From the NCBI GenBank assembly GCA_010093815.1, contig ML996572.1: a DNA stretch of 64,000 bases; one strand, 5' to 3'. How positions within the stretch are numbered: position 1 is the first letter of the stretch; each line of letters starts with the position of its first letter. The translations under genes and the position numbers were made by a program. Shown piece by piece: positions 1 through 14,500 of the stretch. Below the pieces are notes generated by a model. That model had not been told where the DNA came from, did not search any database, and was given only the letters and a program-made list of their open reading frames with translations. This stretch comes from Pseudovirgaria hyperparasitica (Eukaryota).

Positions 1-932
1 AGGCAAACAAGTCAACAAGCTCTTTAATTTCTCCAACACAATTTCCTGCCGACGAGCGTCCACTGTCGTCCTGTCCTTCGCATCTCCCGGGCTCACACTG
101 ACGAAACAGCCTTTGTCAAGAACCGTCTTCTCCCTCGGCAATCTTCCGTCGTTGTTACATGTCACGACGTCCTTGTTCCAAACCAAGCCGACATTGATCC
201 TACTAAGCACGAACTTGAAATCACTGATATCATTGCACTTCTTGTTGACTTTCGGGAAATTAACATTCAAAAAAACGTTCTCTGGAAGATACGGGGCTCC
301 TGACGCGATGACCGCATCTGTGAGGTTCATCGCCAGATCAGCGTAGATCTTGCTGTAAAGTGGCGTGGCGGCGTTGAATGCTGTTCGGTGTCCAGTGCTG
401 CCACTGAATGCGATGGCCGGGATACCTTGCTTAACGGCTTCAATTGCTGCACCGATGGTTCCAGAGAAAGGAATCTGGAGTTCGATGTTGGTTCCAACAT
501 TTGGGCCTGTTACGGCGAGCTCAGGGGCGCCGCCGAGTTCACGAGGCGAGACGGTGGCGATACCGTATTTCATTGCCGTGACAGGATAGGAGTTAACGTA
601 GTTCAGGCGCGAGTTATTTGGGTCTGCGCCGACGGGACCAGAGTTTGCAGGGCAGGAATTGAATTCGCAGGGTTTGATGCGAGGGGTCGGTGGTTTGTCA
701 GACGAGCCTGCTGAATGTGAGCATACAGAGTTCAACGATCAAGGACGTGCAATGACATACTGCTTCCAGATTGGTTGTCAGCGGGACCTGACAGGACGAC
801 GCTGTGGCTCGCTGCGTTCAGTACTTCGTTGAAGACACGGATGTTCTTCTCAGCCCAGCCGTCATCATTAGATTGCACGATGCGAATTGCGCCAGCAGCG
901 ATGGGGAGGATGGCGATAATAATGGAGCGCAT
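1..932 (-). CDS. SurE-like secreted acid phosphatase / 5'-3'-nucleotidase (stop codon lies just outside the window)
   Basis: Signal peptide followed by the SurE motif IVQSNDDGW and SGPADNQSG. Intron 760..708 (GTATGT...CAG). Exon 2 reads SSDKPPTPRIKPCEFNSCP...NSYPVTAMKYGI and runs to ...EKLKSLLTCLP at position 1. Confidence 0.9.
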
Positions 933-1546
933 GGCGACAGAGCCTGGGAGCGAGAAGACGTCGGTGACTGAGGCTCAAGCGACAGAAGGCAAGGCTGGCG
1001 GCTGGCTGATTGATATGCGCGATATTCAACCTCTTAAATGAATGTTGATAGTGGATCTCTTAAGACAAAGCCAGATTTAGTCGCTACCCCGGACGGACGT
1101 GGGGTGGGAGTGGCTGGAAGCAATGCCCACGACCACGTTCCCGGAACTAGAGGGAAAGCGGCAGGTCGATCTGCCGTGAGCCATAATTTGCTGGTAACAT
1201 ATTCATGACAGGCCGTGAGAGGCTCCAGTGAGGATGATCTGCCTTTCGCTTAAAAAGCTTGCAATGTCGTTTGTGGGCCACTTGACGTCGAGAGCTTACA
1301 CCCAGGCCGTTTCTAAAGAGATATGCCGAGACGCTATTGAAGCAAAGTTGGAGTGTCGAATGTCGGGGGCACAGATAGAGATCCGTGCGAGTTTTACCAT
1401 CTTCGAGCAGGACTGTAGAATCATGCATCCCACGCGGAATATGTCATAGGAATGAGATCTGCCGACCGTCATTCGGTCTCTGGGTTACAAGTCTCTGCAG
1501 CAATGGGTGCATGAAGTCACGAAAGCACTCGGTGCATACACGTGCT

Positions 1547-3524
1547 TTATGGAAGTACTATGATGGTTCCATGAGGTTTCACTATCTTCTGCTGCGGATT
1601 TTCGGTTTTTTGTCTCTTTTGGAGAATCTCGTAGTGCGCTTTGGCGGTGTATTTTGAGGGCCATCCTCCGAAGATATCTTCTTTGGCAAAATCTTCTTTA
1701 CCGCACCCATCTTTGGTGGGCCCCTCTTTGGTGGACCTTTCTTTGCAAATGTCCTCTCTGGCGCGGCCTTCCTCGTGCCTAGGCTGGCTTTAGCCTCTGG
1801 TTGTCGCTGGTTCTATGAGAAATCTGTGTTTCTCTGATAACCTCGCACTACGACGAGGTTGCTGAACAGCTTGTTCAACGGCTGGACTAGTGCCCCTGGC
1901 CTTCGTGGACTGAGTATTATTAACAACTTCTACCCCCACTCTGCCTTGCTCCAGAGATTCGACACGACTAGCAGTCGCGCGGGCCTTGCGACTTTTCCGA
2001 GAGACCTGCAGTTTCACCTCCGCACCTGGGCTAGCACGCTTCTTTGTGTGGGCTGTAGTTTGCGGCGACAACCTCATGGACATAATACCCTGTTGTTCAG
2101 CTTTCACAGAGGCTGGGACGTTTGAAGAAGAGGGTGCCACTACGATGGAAGCCGTGGCGCTTGCCACCTCCGCCTTGATAAGCGGGACCTGTTCCTGTAT
2201 CCAATTTACTAGAGGCTGACGGTGTGCGTATCCTTTTATCATGTCGCAGAAATTCTGCGTTCTGATGAGGTATCTCTTGATGGCCTGTTCCCGAGTCTCG
2301 ACACGTTCGAGCTCTCGGGTCACCATATCCAGCCTGTTGGACTTCCAAGTGCTTACCGTTGCAGACTGGTCGGATTTTGGTGCTACATTTGTCTCTGATG
2401 CTTGTATGGCTAGATCCACGGTCCGGCGCTTCGAGGCCAGTTCTTCTGACCGTGCGTGCCTACGTGACTCTGAAGACTCGAGTGAGTCGATAGTCTCGGA
2501 AAGGTAAAGAATATTGGAAGAGTCTAAATGGTGCCTCTCTTTGTCGAACAGCCTGAGTGTCTTAACTGAGGGCTTCAAAAAGCCAAGCTCCTTCTGCTCC
2601 CAACCCAAGCATCCAGACGAGGTGCTTAGCAGATCTTGCTTGTAGATATCCTGTATCAGATGTAAGGTCTCTTTCAGACATGCGGTACGCTGCAGATAGT
2701 CTTCCATGACGCGCGTGTAGTATTCAAAACGAATTATTGGCATCCTTAGGCCGTTCTATAAAATAAGGGAACTCCAGTTACGGCGTTGACTGAAAATGTT
2801 TAGTTCTCGTTTGGGGTCGACAACATCTTCTCGTACAAATTGCTGTTCTTTGCGGAATTGTTTTCAGTGATACAACTGCGTACGATATATGTCAATTGAG
2901 CTTGGCTGTCGGTAGTCGTAGAAGAATGCCAGTACTCCTTGGGTCGATTCGGCAGTTTGTATTTCGAAATCTAGATTCTCTATCGGAAAAATCGGACGAC
3001 CACCATCTTTCAACAACTCATTGTATGCAATCTCCTCTTGGTTCAGGGCATACTGGCAGGGTGGTTCGTCGATGGTCGAACCGGTAGAAGCTGTTGATGA
3101 GAGCGAGGCTGCCTGTATAAAATTTGTAAGCAAGGTTTGAACGAGAGCTAGAGGAAGATATGACGGTTTGAAAACTTGCCTGAAGCAGCGCGTAAGTTGT
3201 GAGGAAGTCGAGATGAGGGTTCAACCGTTTCTAGTGATAAGAAACGAGCTGTGAGGTTCATCACATCGACCGGTTTCGTATTCAGCTTCTTGTTTAAGCG
3301 GGCTGATGCGGCCCTGAATGGAGGTCAGAGATGCATTGACTATAAGATCTATACACCCACAATAGTCGATCTTTAAACACAAGCGGAAACGGGAATAAGC
3401 TCTCAGGATCCCGGACGATGAACTCATGATGTACGCCCTGCGAGGTCGAGGCAAGATAGGTCTCGAGCTCATCATCTGTCAAAGCGAACACGTCGCGTGC
3501 GTAGAGCAGTTCGACTGCTGGCAT
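1547..3524 (-). pseudogene. Pseudogene of an uncharacterised fungal protein with a basic low-complexity C-terminus
   Basis: ORFs 2864..3133 and 1790..2743 are in the same frame, separated by TGA (2864-2866; QLYH*KQFRKEQQFVR) and TAG (2756-2758). A plausible first exon starts at 3524 (MPAVELLYARDVFALTDDEL). A frameshifted continuation with a further TAG (1779-1781) reads ARGRPRQRTFAKKGPPKRGPPK...VLP* to 1547. Confidence 0.6.
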
Positions 3525-5509
3525 GCTTTGGAGTAGGTCAGGATATCCGAAAGGTGTGCAGGTGGCCGAGAGAGTGCAGAGGCGAAAGCTGCATCGTGAT
3601 GTAGACTGATGGAAGCGCTAGATTAGGCATGTTGATGTTCTAGGATTTGTTCGTTACAGACATAGATCTCGCCGGTCAGACAAAATCACGAAGACGACAA
3701 AGGCATCGTGAAAGCACGCAACTGGTTACAAGCATCCGCCGTTCACGTTGCAGCGACTAATTAATTATAGCGCTCTATTCAGATGTAGGCTAACGTACAG
3801 TTCCAGGAAAACTGAGACCAGTGGCGGTCCAGATCTCTCATTGGCCGGATCAAAGAAACTCAGTGGGGCTTGTTTGCCCGTTTTCCAGAAAATCTCACCG
3901 CTTGCGTAAAGCGGACTCGCGTCCGAAATCTTGTCATTTGTTTAGCCGTTGCCTTGTTCATAGTACTCAATCGGTCATGTTCACCCTATCATCTTGTCGT
4001 TCTCGGGACTTTTGCAAGCTCAGGTACCTTCTGCGTTAGAGTCGGGTATGATATAGGTAGTGCCTCATACTAAGCGCGTCAGTAGCCAGTCTCCTACCAC
4101 CTGCCGCTGGAATCCTTATAAGACCGTGAGATGCAGCAATCAGGGCAGTGTTCAAGAAGCCCTGACATCTCAACAAGCCTCCTTCCTCTACCGGACTCCT
4201 TTCGGGGTAAAATGAAGATTTATACGACTAACAATAAATTTCCATTTGCAAGCAACGTATCTAGCATCGAACTCCCTCGATTACTACAGCAGACTTACGA
4301 TGGGCGGGATCCTGTTCCGTCATGCAAGGTGTATTGGCTGGTTTGGGTTGATAGCCATAGGAGCTCTCTTACAACTGTATCATAGAGAAAGCCAATGTAG
4401 TCCCCCCAACTATGTCCTGGACACGTACTCGAGAGTCAGACAGTAACACCAGTCCCACCAACCATTGTTGTACTTTAGGGTGCTTCATATTCAGATTCAC
4501 AGTCCATATCCTGCTGCTAGCGCTTCATCGATCATCAATCGCACATCGAAACCAGCGTAAGCGTCAGTATTCAGACCGACATACGAAGGGCAATGACTGC
4601 TGGTATCAAGGAAGATTCTGACATCTAACACTTTTGTCTTCTCACATTCATTGAATAACTTACTCTGAGGGCTTACTATGTATGTATGTTACTCTCCGTC
4701 CGTTTCGTTGGCGCTGGAAGTCCTCTACATGCATTCACACGCGTTTGGGGTTAGAGTGAACTAAACTAGTCAGTCACTCCATGCATCCTGCTCTCTCCTG
4801 TCCTCCCGTGCCCCCGAAGAGCTTATTACTGCTCAATGATCCACCGCATAACGCAGCGTATGGATCCCATACCACCTAAACTACACTCGTCACAAGTCCT
4901 TAGAATGTATCCTACACTGTCGGATGGGTGATAGATTAAGGTGGGCTATATATCTTTACTGTAAGCTACAAGCTGCTTGAAATAGGTCAGAAGGTGAAGT
5001 GGGATTCATGCGCTATATACCGTTGCGATTGCGATTGCGTACGAGAGGGTATTGGGGTAATGTGGTGTTTGTGGATAGGGAAAGATAGATTCGTTTTCGT
5101 TTCACTGTGTTATATAATCGGGCGAGATATTGTTGCTTGGGATGAGTAATTTCGGTGTGTCGGAAACAGCGTGATTGTTGTGCCTGGCTGCTTATGTGTG
5201 TAATTGTTGAACGAAAAGTGATGTATGTGTTCCGTGAAGAGTGCCGACAAAGAAGACAAGAAAAAGAAAGAATTTCGTGGTAGCCATGACTAAAAACTGC
5301 ACAGCATTTACAAAAGTCTTTCTTTGGATGTTACAATCCTCGCTAGTATGACGATCTCATGACTTCCCAAACATTACACCGATATATTCGTGAACTGACC
5401 GAAAAGAGCCCTTTCTGTATCCATCATTTGAGAGAAGATACTGTGGCGATCTACACCATAATTGTATTTTTTTTTTCCATTGTGAGATCACTTCTTCTCA
5501 TTTTGTGCC

Positions 5510-8500
5510 TTAGTCCTCATCATAATTTCCACTAATGTCATCATCATCATCCTCCTCTTCCCCCTCCTCCCCCTCCTCCTCCTCATCATCATCATCATCA
5601 CCGTCTTCTTCTTCTTCACTGAACTCGCCTCTTACCATCCCTTCACCAGTGTTGGCAGTGGAAGCGATCGATGAAACTGCGACACCTCCACCCCCCGCGA
5701 AGAATGCGTGTTTTTCGGTCAAGGGCCGTCCTTGGCAAACGTAACCCATCGGTGTACTCAAAATATCTTGTCCATGACGGCGAAGAGCAAGATATGAAAG
5801 AAGAAATGGTGCGGGCCTAGGACAGAGAGATAGGACAGGCTCCGTGCTATCCGCTGCCGAGAGACTCTCGGTGCTAGTGTTGCTTGTCACGCTGCGAGAG
5901 CCGGAATCACTCGCCTGACTGCTTTCGTTCGCACCATGTGCATCCCTCGTGACTAAGTTCTTGATGTATGTATACTCGCTGAAGTGGAAATACAAACGTC
6001 CGGCGAGGATGCCGAGCTCGGTTGTTAGCCATCGAGGCATCACCAGTCCACTAGGAAGAGTTGGGAAGGCGTAAAAGGAAAGATCTGAGAATCTCAACAT
6101 GCCTTTAGACACTGGAGCAGCGTATGTGATCAGATGCATGCTTGGATAGCGCTGCGAGAACAGGAGAGGAAGCACTGCCTCGGCTTCTTCGGGAATGATG
6201 ACGAGTGCAGTGTACGTCTTGGAAGAGAAAAGGAGATATTCCACGGGACGCTGCATGAAGATCAGCAATCCATTCTTCAAGTTCAATGTTTCTATGAAGA
6301 TACTTACCAAGAAATTGTCCTTTCCCGCTTTCCCTTTCCTTTGCACTGTCCGCATGAACTCCAATGACACCCAGACCCTCGAACCTGCTGTGCTTAATCC
6401 ATGCGCTTTTCCCAAGCTTGTCTGGACTAACACCTCTAGCGATCTGAAATACCCACAGTCGTCAGGTAGACTTCCAGTCTGTACAAAAGACTTTATGGCT
6501 GGATGTAGTCCAGGGAATACTAATGCCGTGGCATGCCCCGGTGCTTGAACCTGCCGCACCTCCTGTATCTCCTGGGTGACTTGGCGCTCCTGTTCAACCT
6601 CCTCTAAAGCAGACGTACGTTGCGCATCCACCATGGCTGAACTATTCTGGCGGCGATTGAAGTCGTCAACAAAAGGCTGGAGCGCGGGATGTTTGATTGA
6701 GCTGCGCTGCTGAAGGACTCGCTCAGGGGTTTCTGCATCGCCGTAAAGCTGCTCGAGAGTTTGCATCTCTGGATGTTGAATGGCGTCTAGAAGATTTTCA
6801 CGCTGTTTGATGTCTGTGATTGCATTTCTATTTCTCGCAACTGCATCAAAGCGACGGCAAAAGTCTGTGCCTTGCGCGATGAAGAGACTTTGCATGTGCT
6901 CATTTGATCGGCAGGTCTGCTCTAGGAGCCACGAGACCACGTGGGATGAATCTATCTCTTCCTTTGACCGGGGCTTGCAGAAATCCACAATACTCTGGTG
7001 AACCTGTGGAGGTGCTATCCAGACGATGGACTGCGTAGTGCCGAGCTTTCGGAGGCGCATTGCCGCTAAGGGATATCAGCTAAGCGATACTCATACTAGA
7101 ATGTGGAGAAAGACTTACCTTGGACTGTATGATCCTTTGTCTGGTCAAGGGCTAATGTCAATGCCCCTCGCGCGACTGATGGGAATTTCATATCCACGCC
7201 TCTCGTATGATTTTCATCAAGATAAACCAAGCAACCTTCAAAGTTGTCGACAAACGGTGTAGCCAATAATGGAGCCTTCCGACCACCTCTATATTGCACC
7301 CAAGCCCGATTGTCCTCGCCGAAGAATACAGCCGCCTTAGCCTCATGATCAATCTTGAGCCAAAGTTCGACGAGGCTCTTGTTGTCCATCTCCATGATGA
7401 ACGCTCCAGCATCAATCAATATTCGAACTTTCATTGCTTTCAAACTATGAAGTAAGTCTTCTTCTGTACTCCATCTCCCTCCTGTTTCAGCAATGTGATA
7501 TTTCCGGTTGCGTGGATCGATGAGATACGTTAAGACCTCAGCGCTAGTTTGATGGAGTTCAGGCAAATCATTCTGGCTTATTGTAAGAGGCAGTAGTATC
7601 TTGTTGTCGTTGGTGCCACTGAAGCCCGTCGTAGCCGCGTTAGACGGAAATAGGGGTAGATCCCAACCGCTCGACTGCAACTTGACCTTGAATTGTTTCG
7701 CGTGCTGAGGAAAGACAAAATTGTTCATGAAGTGATCGAGTACACCTTGGTTGTGTCTTAGGCATGTCCACAAATGGTGAATCTGCATCTTGTCGTCAAG
7801 GTTGATTACACTCCAGTGCTGTAGAGTTTCTGGTAGAAAAGCGGCTCCATTTGACCATCTGTCATACTCGAATGCAGCGTCATCGGCCTGGAGGACTAAT
7901 CCGAGACCCTGTCTAAATTGCTCGATCGAAAGGCCTGTATAGTAGAAAGACAATATTGTCAGGACAATCGAAACGTCCGGATGCCCAAATTCAGACTGCT
8001 CTGAAGGTACTCCCTTGGCCTCGAATGGTACGGCAATCGGATCTCTCTTTGGGTGTAGTCCATATTGAGTGCCCCAGCGTTTCTTCAGACACAGCAAGAG
8101 AATCCTACACGAGAGCAACCCACGACATGCTAGAAGCGTTTTTCTGGCGCGTAATGGATCTTTGAAATACTTTAAAATCTGTTCGAATGCAGTCATTTCG
8201 AACTCTTCGCTATTGAGGATTAGGCGTATCTGTGAGCCCATCCAAAGAGGAACTTCGTTCTTGGTCTCTAGCAAAGGCGTCTTCATGTCGCTGATTTGCT
8301 CAATGAGGTGCTTATTCAAGGCATCTTCGACATCTTCATGGAGAATATACAGCAGAGGAAAGCCTTTTCCCCTAGCGACGAAGTCTATGTGCCTTGGATA
8401 CTGCCTGACAAGTGCTGGTAGCTGATCTTGTACCATAGCAAGGAGCTCTTGAGCTATCTTCCAACGATAAGGGTGACCGTCAACAGCAACCTGGTTGCCA

Positions 8501-11500
8501 CTCGGGTATACTAACTGTGTCTTTACAGCTAGGGAAAGATCAGATTCGTCGAGAACATCTCGACAGTTTTGGTCGAGCCAATCTTGAAATCTCATCATAT
8601 ACATGGCTTCTTTCAAGTTCCCATCGACTAATCGCTGTCTGCCACTCAGCTTGAATGACATCAAGTGCTCAGGAGCAGCTAGAATGATATCGCCGTCTTT
8701 CAAACATTCTTTGTGAAGCTTCTCAAATAAGCCTAGAATACCGCCTGTCGTCTTCGTTCTACGCGAGAAAGGGATATGAACGATTCGGCGGCCAATAAGG
8801 CCCCCCAGGCGGGACTGGAGAATTTGGGCTGTCTGCAACAACAGAGCCTTCGGGACAATGAGACGGACAAGTCGTTTTCCGTTCGCTAGCTCCGCAGCGA
8901 CCATCGGCATGATGCAAGAAGTTTTACCTGCACGAAATCAACAGACGCAATTCGAAAGGACTACATTTCACGTACCACGACCCATGTTGAGCTGCAAGAC
9001 CGTATTCTTTCCATTCCTCGGGTGTATCACCTCCTTTGCTACGTTGTGTTGCTCTCCACGTATCAATAAATTACTCTCAGCCTCCATCAAGAGCCATTCG
9101 GTATGGTCGCGTGGAGCCCATCCATAGTGACCGGGATTTTTCCACTCTTCTAGAAGACTGTTTTGGTCAGACTTCAAAGCTGCGTCCTGCATTCTGAGCA
9201 GCCATTGTAATGTGGCAAGCTGACTTGCATACTCCAGAAGAAGATCTCGAAGATCTTTATTAATGAGTTGCAAAGTCGAACTTCTTAATAACTCAAGAAG
9301 AGAGGTAGTTGTAGAGCAAGGCCAGAGACCTCCACGTCGAAGCCAGTCAGAAGTGACCATACTGCTATCAAGTGAATGACTCATGCTCTTGAACAGGGCA
9401 CTCAAGACCTCACTCGTCTTATTGATACTGAGACCTATTAATTCAAGGCTCGGCGGCTTCGATAAAACACCAGAAGATGTCTCTCGATTTCTGAGGACAC
9501 TCAGACTAGCTTCAAGATCCGCTCCATATCTAGCCCTGACATCGTTAAAGGATCTTGTGAAGTTGCAGAGTATCTTTTCAAGCTCTTTTTCCATCGCAGT
9601 CCGGTCATTTTCCACGGGCGCTGGCCGCTGTGGGCCAGATGGTCCATTCCGAGTGTCTGTGACCTGATTTAGAAAGGGTATGTGGACGACCTTATTTGGC
9701 TGGGGTTCCAAGCTTGCATCAGACGCAAGGGTCATCAGGGATGGGGTCAACTGTGCTGGAAGTAATTTTGATTCATGAACGGCCACGTACTGACCGGTCC
9801 AGACATGAGGAGTGGTAAAAGCGAGGGGTTTGTAATATCTATCCAGGATGGACTGCACCTGATCTACGAAGATAGATAGCCCTCTATTCCGAGAAAGTCG
9901 TTCCCATTCCGGTGTAATTCTTTCCAAAGCATCTTCCAGATCAATGATAGTTGTCTCGAATCCATCGATAGATAACTCGGTGGTGGGCCATTGCCTACAG
10001 AAGAAGTCTGCCACTAGTTTGCTCTCTGCGACACACTTCGCGTGATGGTCTTCAGCTTCGATTTCCCTCTTGAACCTCCTGCCTTGCATTCGGCCCATTG
10101 GGGCTGGGTGGCTCTGAAGGATGAGTGCCTGTAGCGGTTTCTTTTTAGGGACTTCGTGATGCTTAAAGTCGGTGTATGAGTCTTCTTCGGGCCATGTGAT
10201 ACTCTCCATTTCGGGGATACGCGCAAACGCAGCTAGCATTTGAATGGCGTCTATGCTTAGGTTCTTGTTGAATGATAAGACAGCAAGTCGATACATATTG
10301 TCATAGTTGAACACACCCTTGGCGTGGCTGAGTATGCGAGCAAGGCTGCCCCATTGTTGACCAAGGTCAACATCCATAACGGTAGCCAGAGTTAAGGTCT
10401 CGTGTCTGAGATCGTCCTTGAAACCACCTATCAGAGGAAATTTCTCAAAGACTTGTGCGAGAGTGCGAGGAAGATCTAGGTTGAACTCCTTCATGCACAA
10501 CAAGACCACAGTTTGGTAGACCTCGGTGCTTCTATTTTCACTGAGCGCTTTGTCCCTGCTTGGATACTTCAGATCCACACAGAGGCTTTTGTTCTCAGTC
10601 AGTATTGAGGCACGTTCAAAGCGTTGTCTCTGACAAATTGCGCGATCTCTCAGATAGTCAGGCTCAGACTGTGTATACAGATCTTTTCCTGTATTTTGAA
10701 TGAATGAATCTAACTCTTGAGAGCGACGCAGAATTGATGACACGGCGTCAAAGAGGCGATCTCCTTGAATTGAGACAGTCAAGTCGTCTTTCCATGTACA
10801 CCTCTGAAGTCGTTTCATTCCCGTGGGGTAAAATTCACGAGAAGGACAAAGATTCGCAATATCGCCGAGTATTGAGATAGGCACCGAATTTAGAGAAGTC
10901 CAGGGTGAAGCCTGGCCCGATTGCAATATGGCTAGAGCCTCTTCTTGTCCAGTCCGACCAGTGAGTACATCTGGCAATACGAACGACGTGTATGCATGAT
11001 ATCTGGCCTTGAGATAGATTAACAAAGGCTCCGGGGCACAGGTCAAGCGACCCAGGACTTTGTCAATATTGAATCGCGCATATGTAGACGTGCTGGCTGC
11101 TGTGACGGAAACGTGCATGCCTTGCCGCTCAAATATTAATGGACCGGTTGATGTTATTATGCTACGCTGCTCGTAGTTCAACGGGTTTCGTAAAACGATT
11201 TTGCTCCTCAATCCATAGAATGTACCCGGGTCCTGATTAGGGTCAATCTCAGACTGGAGCTCTTTTGATTCAAATAGTCTATTCCGATTAAGAAAGAACG
11301 TCAGATCTAGATAGCGAAGCTCTACACACAAACTTCCACGAGCAGGTTGATAGGCGGTGATCCGCTCCGGGATTTCGAAGCCGCCGAAGATTTGAGTAAT
11401 TTGGGAGAATAGCCTGGACTGTGGGCTAACTAATCTGACACACCGGCGCTTCGCGGTAGCAGAATTCATGTCGACTACCCAATCACTCGCGATTGTCTTC

Positions 11501-14500
11501 CAGACATGAGGCTTTCGTCGCGTCTCCAGACGACCGGAGTCTAGTTTCAGCCAGTGGACGCAGTCGTCAAGGAGGCTGGCGGGTAAATCGAATCCTGTAT
11601 CATCTTTGAATAGCCGCCGAGGTATAAACTCATGCAGACCATCCTCTGACCAGGCTTGAATGATGACTCTGTCCCCTTTTGTACCGAAGTATACTTCGTG
11701 GCCTTGCATTCTAGTTCCGAGACGATAGCTCATACCGTTGAAGGTAGCCGGGAATGTTAACAAGTGTTGTTGTCCAAAGAGATCCTGTACATCTGCTGAT
11801 GAGCTGATCTCATTAGGGAGCCTCCCAAGAGGTTTGCCATTCACAAGGAGGTAGCCTTCGAGGAAATGATATTGGATATTATCCTCGACGACTCTGCCAT
11901 TAAGCTGGCGGCGAAATACTGCTGTGACCCAATGCTCGTATGGTGGCAACTGAAGTACCCAAGTGGCGTTTCGGTCACTTACGGAGTGAGGCTCTCCCCA
12001 TGTCGCTTTGATAGCTGTCTCAACTTCGACCTGATACAGCAGCAAAGCAATAACAAGTTGAGGTCTGAGCGCCTGAACCATTTTCAGGTCAGCAGTCGCA
12101 AAGTTCTGCAAAGAGCTTGGTAGGTCTTTGATAGCAACCACAAAGTTTGCTCTTAATGCTAAAGATGCCTGTATGAAGACATTGACATCTTCGGCGGTCA
12201 TTTCTGTGGCTGAGCTAGCCATATGGGCGAACGTACGACGACAAAGGATAGCAGCCCAAAACCCGTATGTCGTAGCTACGTCGACAGTGCTTGGATCCGT
12301 TGCATTCATGATCTGTGTTCGAAGTATTGTTGCCCACTTCAAAGTTGTTTTCCGTGCCGTTCCTAGTAGCTCCAAGGCAATCGTACGATATGCTTTCGGG
12401 GACATTTCAATGACGCGCAAGAGCAAGATAATGATAACTGCCATGCAATTGTGCTCTCGCCAATTGGATTCAATAATGGAGAGTTTCTGTTCAAGAGCTT
12501 CGAGAAGGCATTCGCAAAATTGGGACTCTTGTAAGAAGTGATGATGATCCATAGCCTTTCCCTTGACCTTAGTCAAAGGCCCGACCTGCAGAGAAAGTTG
12601 CGTCAAAACTAACATCGTGTCTTCAGAGCTGAAATTGATATTAGTAGAGCTCAGTTCGACTAGTATTGCCATCCACCGTAGTTTCATAGTGGACAGCAAC
12701 TTCTGATAAGATGCGAATTCCATCTTCGAAATACCTGCTGGGCATTTAGTCTGTCCAGCGACAATCTCATATGAACTCGGTCCTGTAACAGTGGCTGGAG
12801 GGTGTTGGGGTACTTCTATGACGGTATTGATGATACATCGAGGAACATGGATACCAAAGAGGTGCTGTAGCGTAGGTGGAAGGTTGAGGTCATCCACCCA
12901 TATTTTCGCCTCCGAGTCATAGTATGCGAACTTGAGACCATTAGGTAGGAGGATATCCTTCAACTCAACTTTCATTCTTTGTGAGCTGAAGTGTGTCTGC
13001 AGAAAAGACTTCTTCTGAGAGGCAAGCGTAATCGACGTAGATCGTTTTCTTCGGTATGGCCCTAATTGTGAATAGTTGTCCAATTCCATGGAAGGGACTG
13101 AGGACTGCACTGGCCTACCTGGGTATGCCAGATCAAGCAAGATCTTCCAGACCACCTGTCGATACATTTCAATGTGGTGTGGAGTGCCTAGCTCAAAGAC
13201 AGTGACACCGCTCTGCACTTCGTCGGCGGACAAGTAGTCCTCATGGCAAGTCATCTTCATGCGCTTCTGCATTCGCCAGTGCCAGCAACGGGTACAACCC
13301 TTGACGATACGAGCTCCATTCATGTCAGTCCTGCAGACGCACGACCCTTTTGAGGCACCTTTGGCGTGCATATCATACTCGGTGCATGCCTCAGCCCACT
13401 CCCTTTCTTTGGCTACGCGGCGTTTTGTGCTGGTCTTCTGTATCTTTGCTCGGAGAGCCTGTAGATCTGGTTGTTCAGATACGAAATTTACAGCAAAGCA
13501 TTGGTCGTCTATTGAACTCAACATGTTCCTTCCCGGATAACGACAATTCTGCTTTCGATCGAACATGTACTCTTGTATTACGCGAAGGCGCTCTTGATCT
13601 ATCCGGAGTGAAAGTTGTAATACATTAAGAAGTTCTGGTGTGAACATAATATCATATTGCACGGTGAGAGGACAGGCTACTGCAAGCCACTTGTCCATCT
13701 CAGCCCATAGATCGAATACACTCAGGACAAATATGCTGCGCTGGTCGGGACCAAGATGGAGCGGCTCAATCCGCGCGAACATACCGAGAATGTCTTTCGC
13801 GAGGCTGATAACCCTATCTTCAGGTGACACAGTACAGGTCAGGCTGCGAAGGGTGCGGCACCTAATGTGATCTTCCATTAGAGCGAGGCTATAGTACAGC
13901 TCGGCTTCGATGTGCGCTTCTCCCATCTTAATGCTAAACTCTGGTTGCGCATTTAAGGATTGCACGAGATCAATATTGAAATGAAGAGATCGTATGCGCT
14001 CCTCAAGATATGCTTTACTGCGGGGCATTGGTAGGATCAAATCCGAGTCACTAGCAAACCTAGACAACATCGGTATCTTTCGAGTGATTACACGTTTGTA
14101 CGAAGTCCAAGCATTGCCAAAAGTTTCGTTTGCTTGGTCTATGACGTCCTGGAAGTAGCCACGGGCATTGTTCAGTAATGTTTGAGCGTCCCCTGAGACG
14201 CAGCCTTCAAGCTTGGCAAGACGGCGACATAGCTTGGTCCGGAGCAGAACGGACAATTCGATATGCAGTACACCTGACCCATCGCGTAGGAGTTCGGCTA
14301 GAAGGACACAACCAAGCAGCTTGTAGTAGGTTTTTCCCATCATATCTCCAAGTGCCCTGTACAGTTGTAGTTGAGACGTGACTCTAAGACCAAGCCACAA
14401 TGGTGCTCGTCTCCAAGGAATCTCCGACGTTCCAAAGTTTACGTCATCGTTCACTCGTTTCTGTATTCCAGTTGGCTCCACGGGGCTGCCTAGCCCTTCA

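Noticed and set aside
3820..4621. Hydrophobic ORF fragments resembling a decayed membrane protein
   Set aside because: I could not build a consistent frame or splice model, and recognised no family motif.
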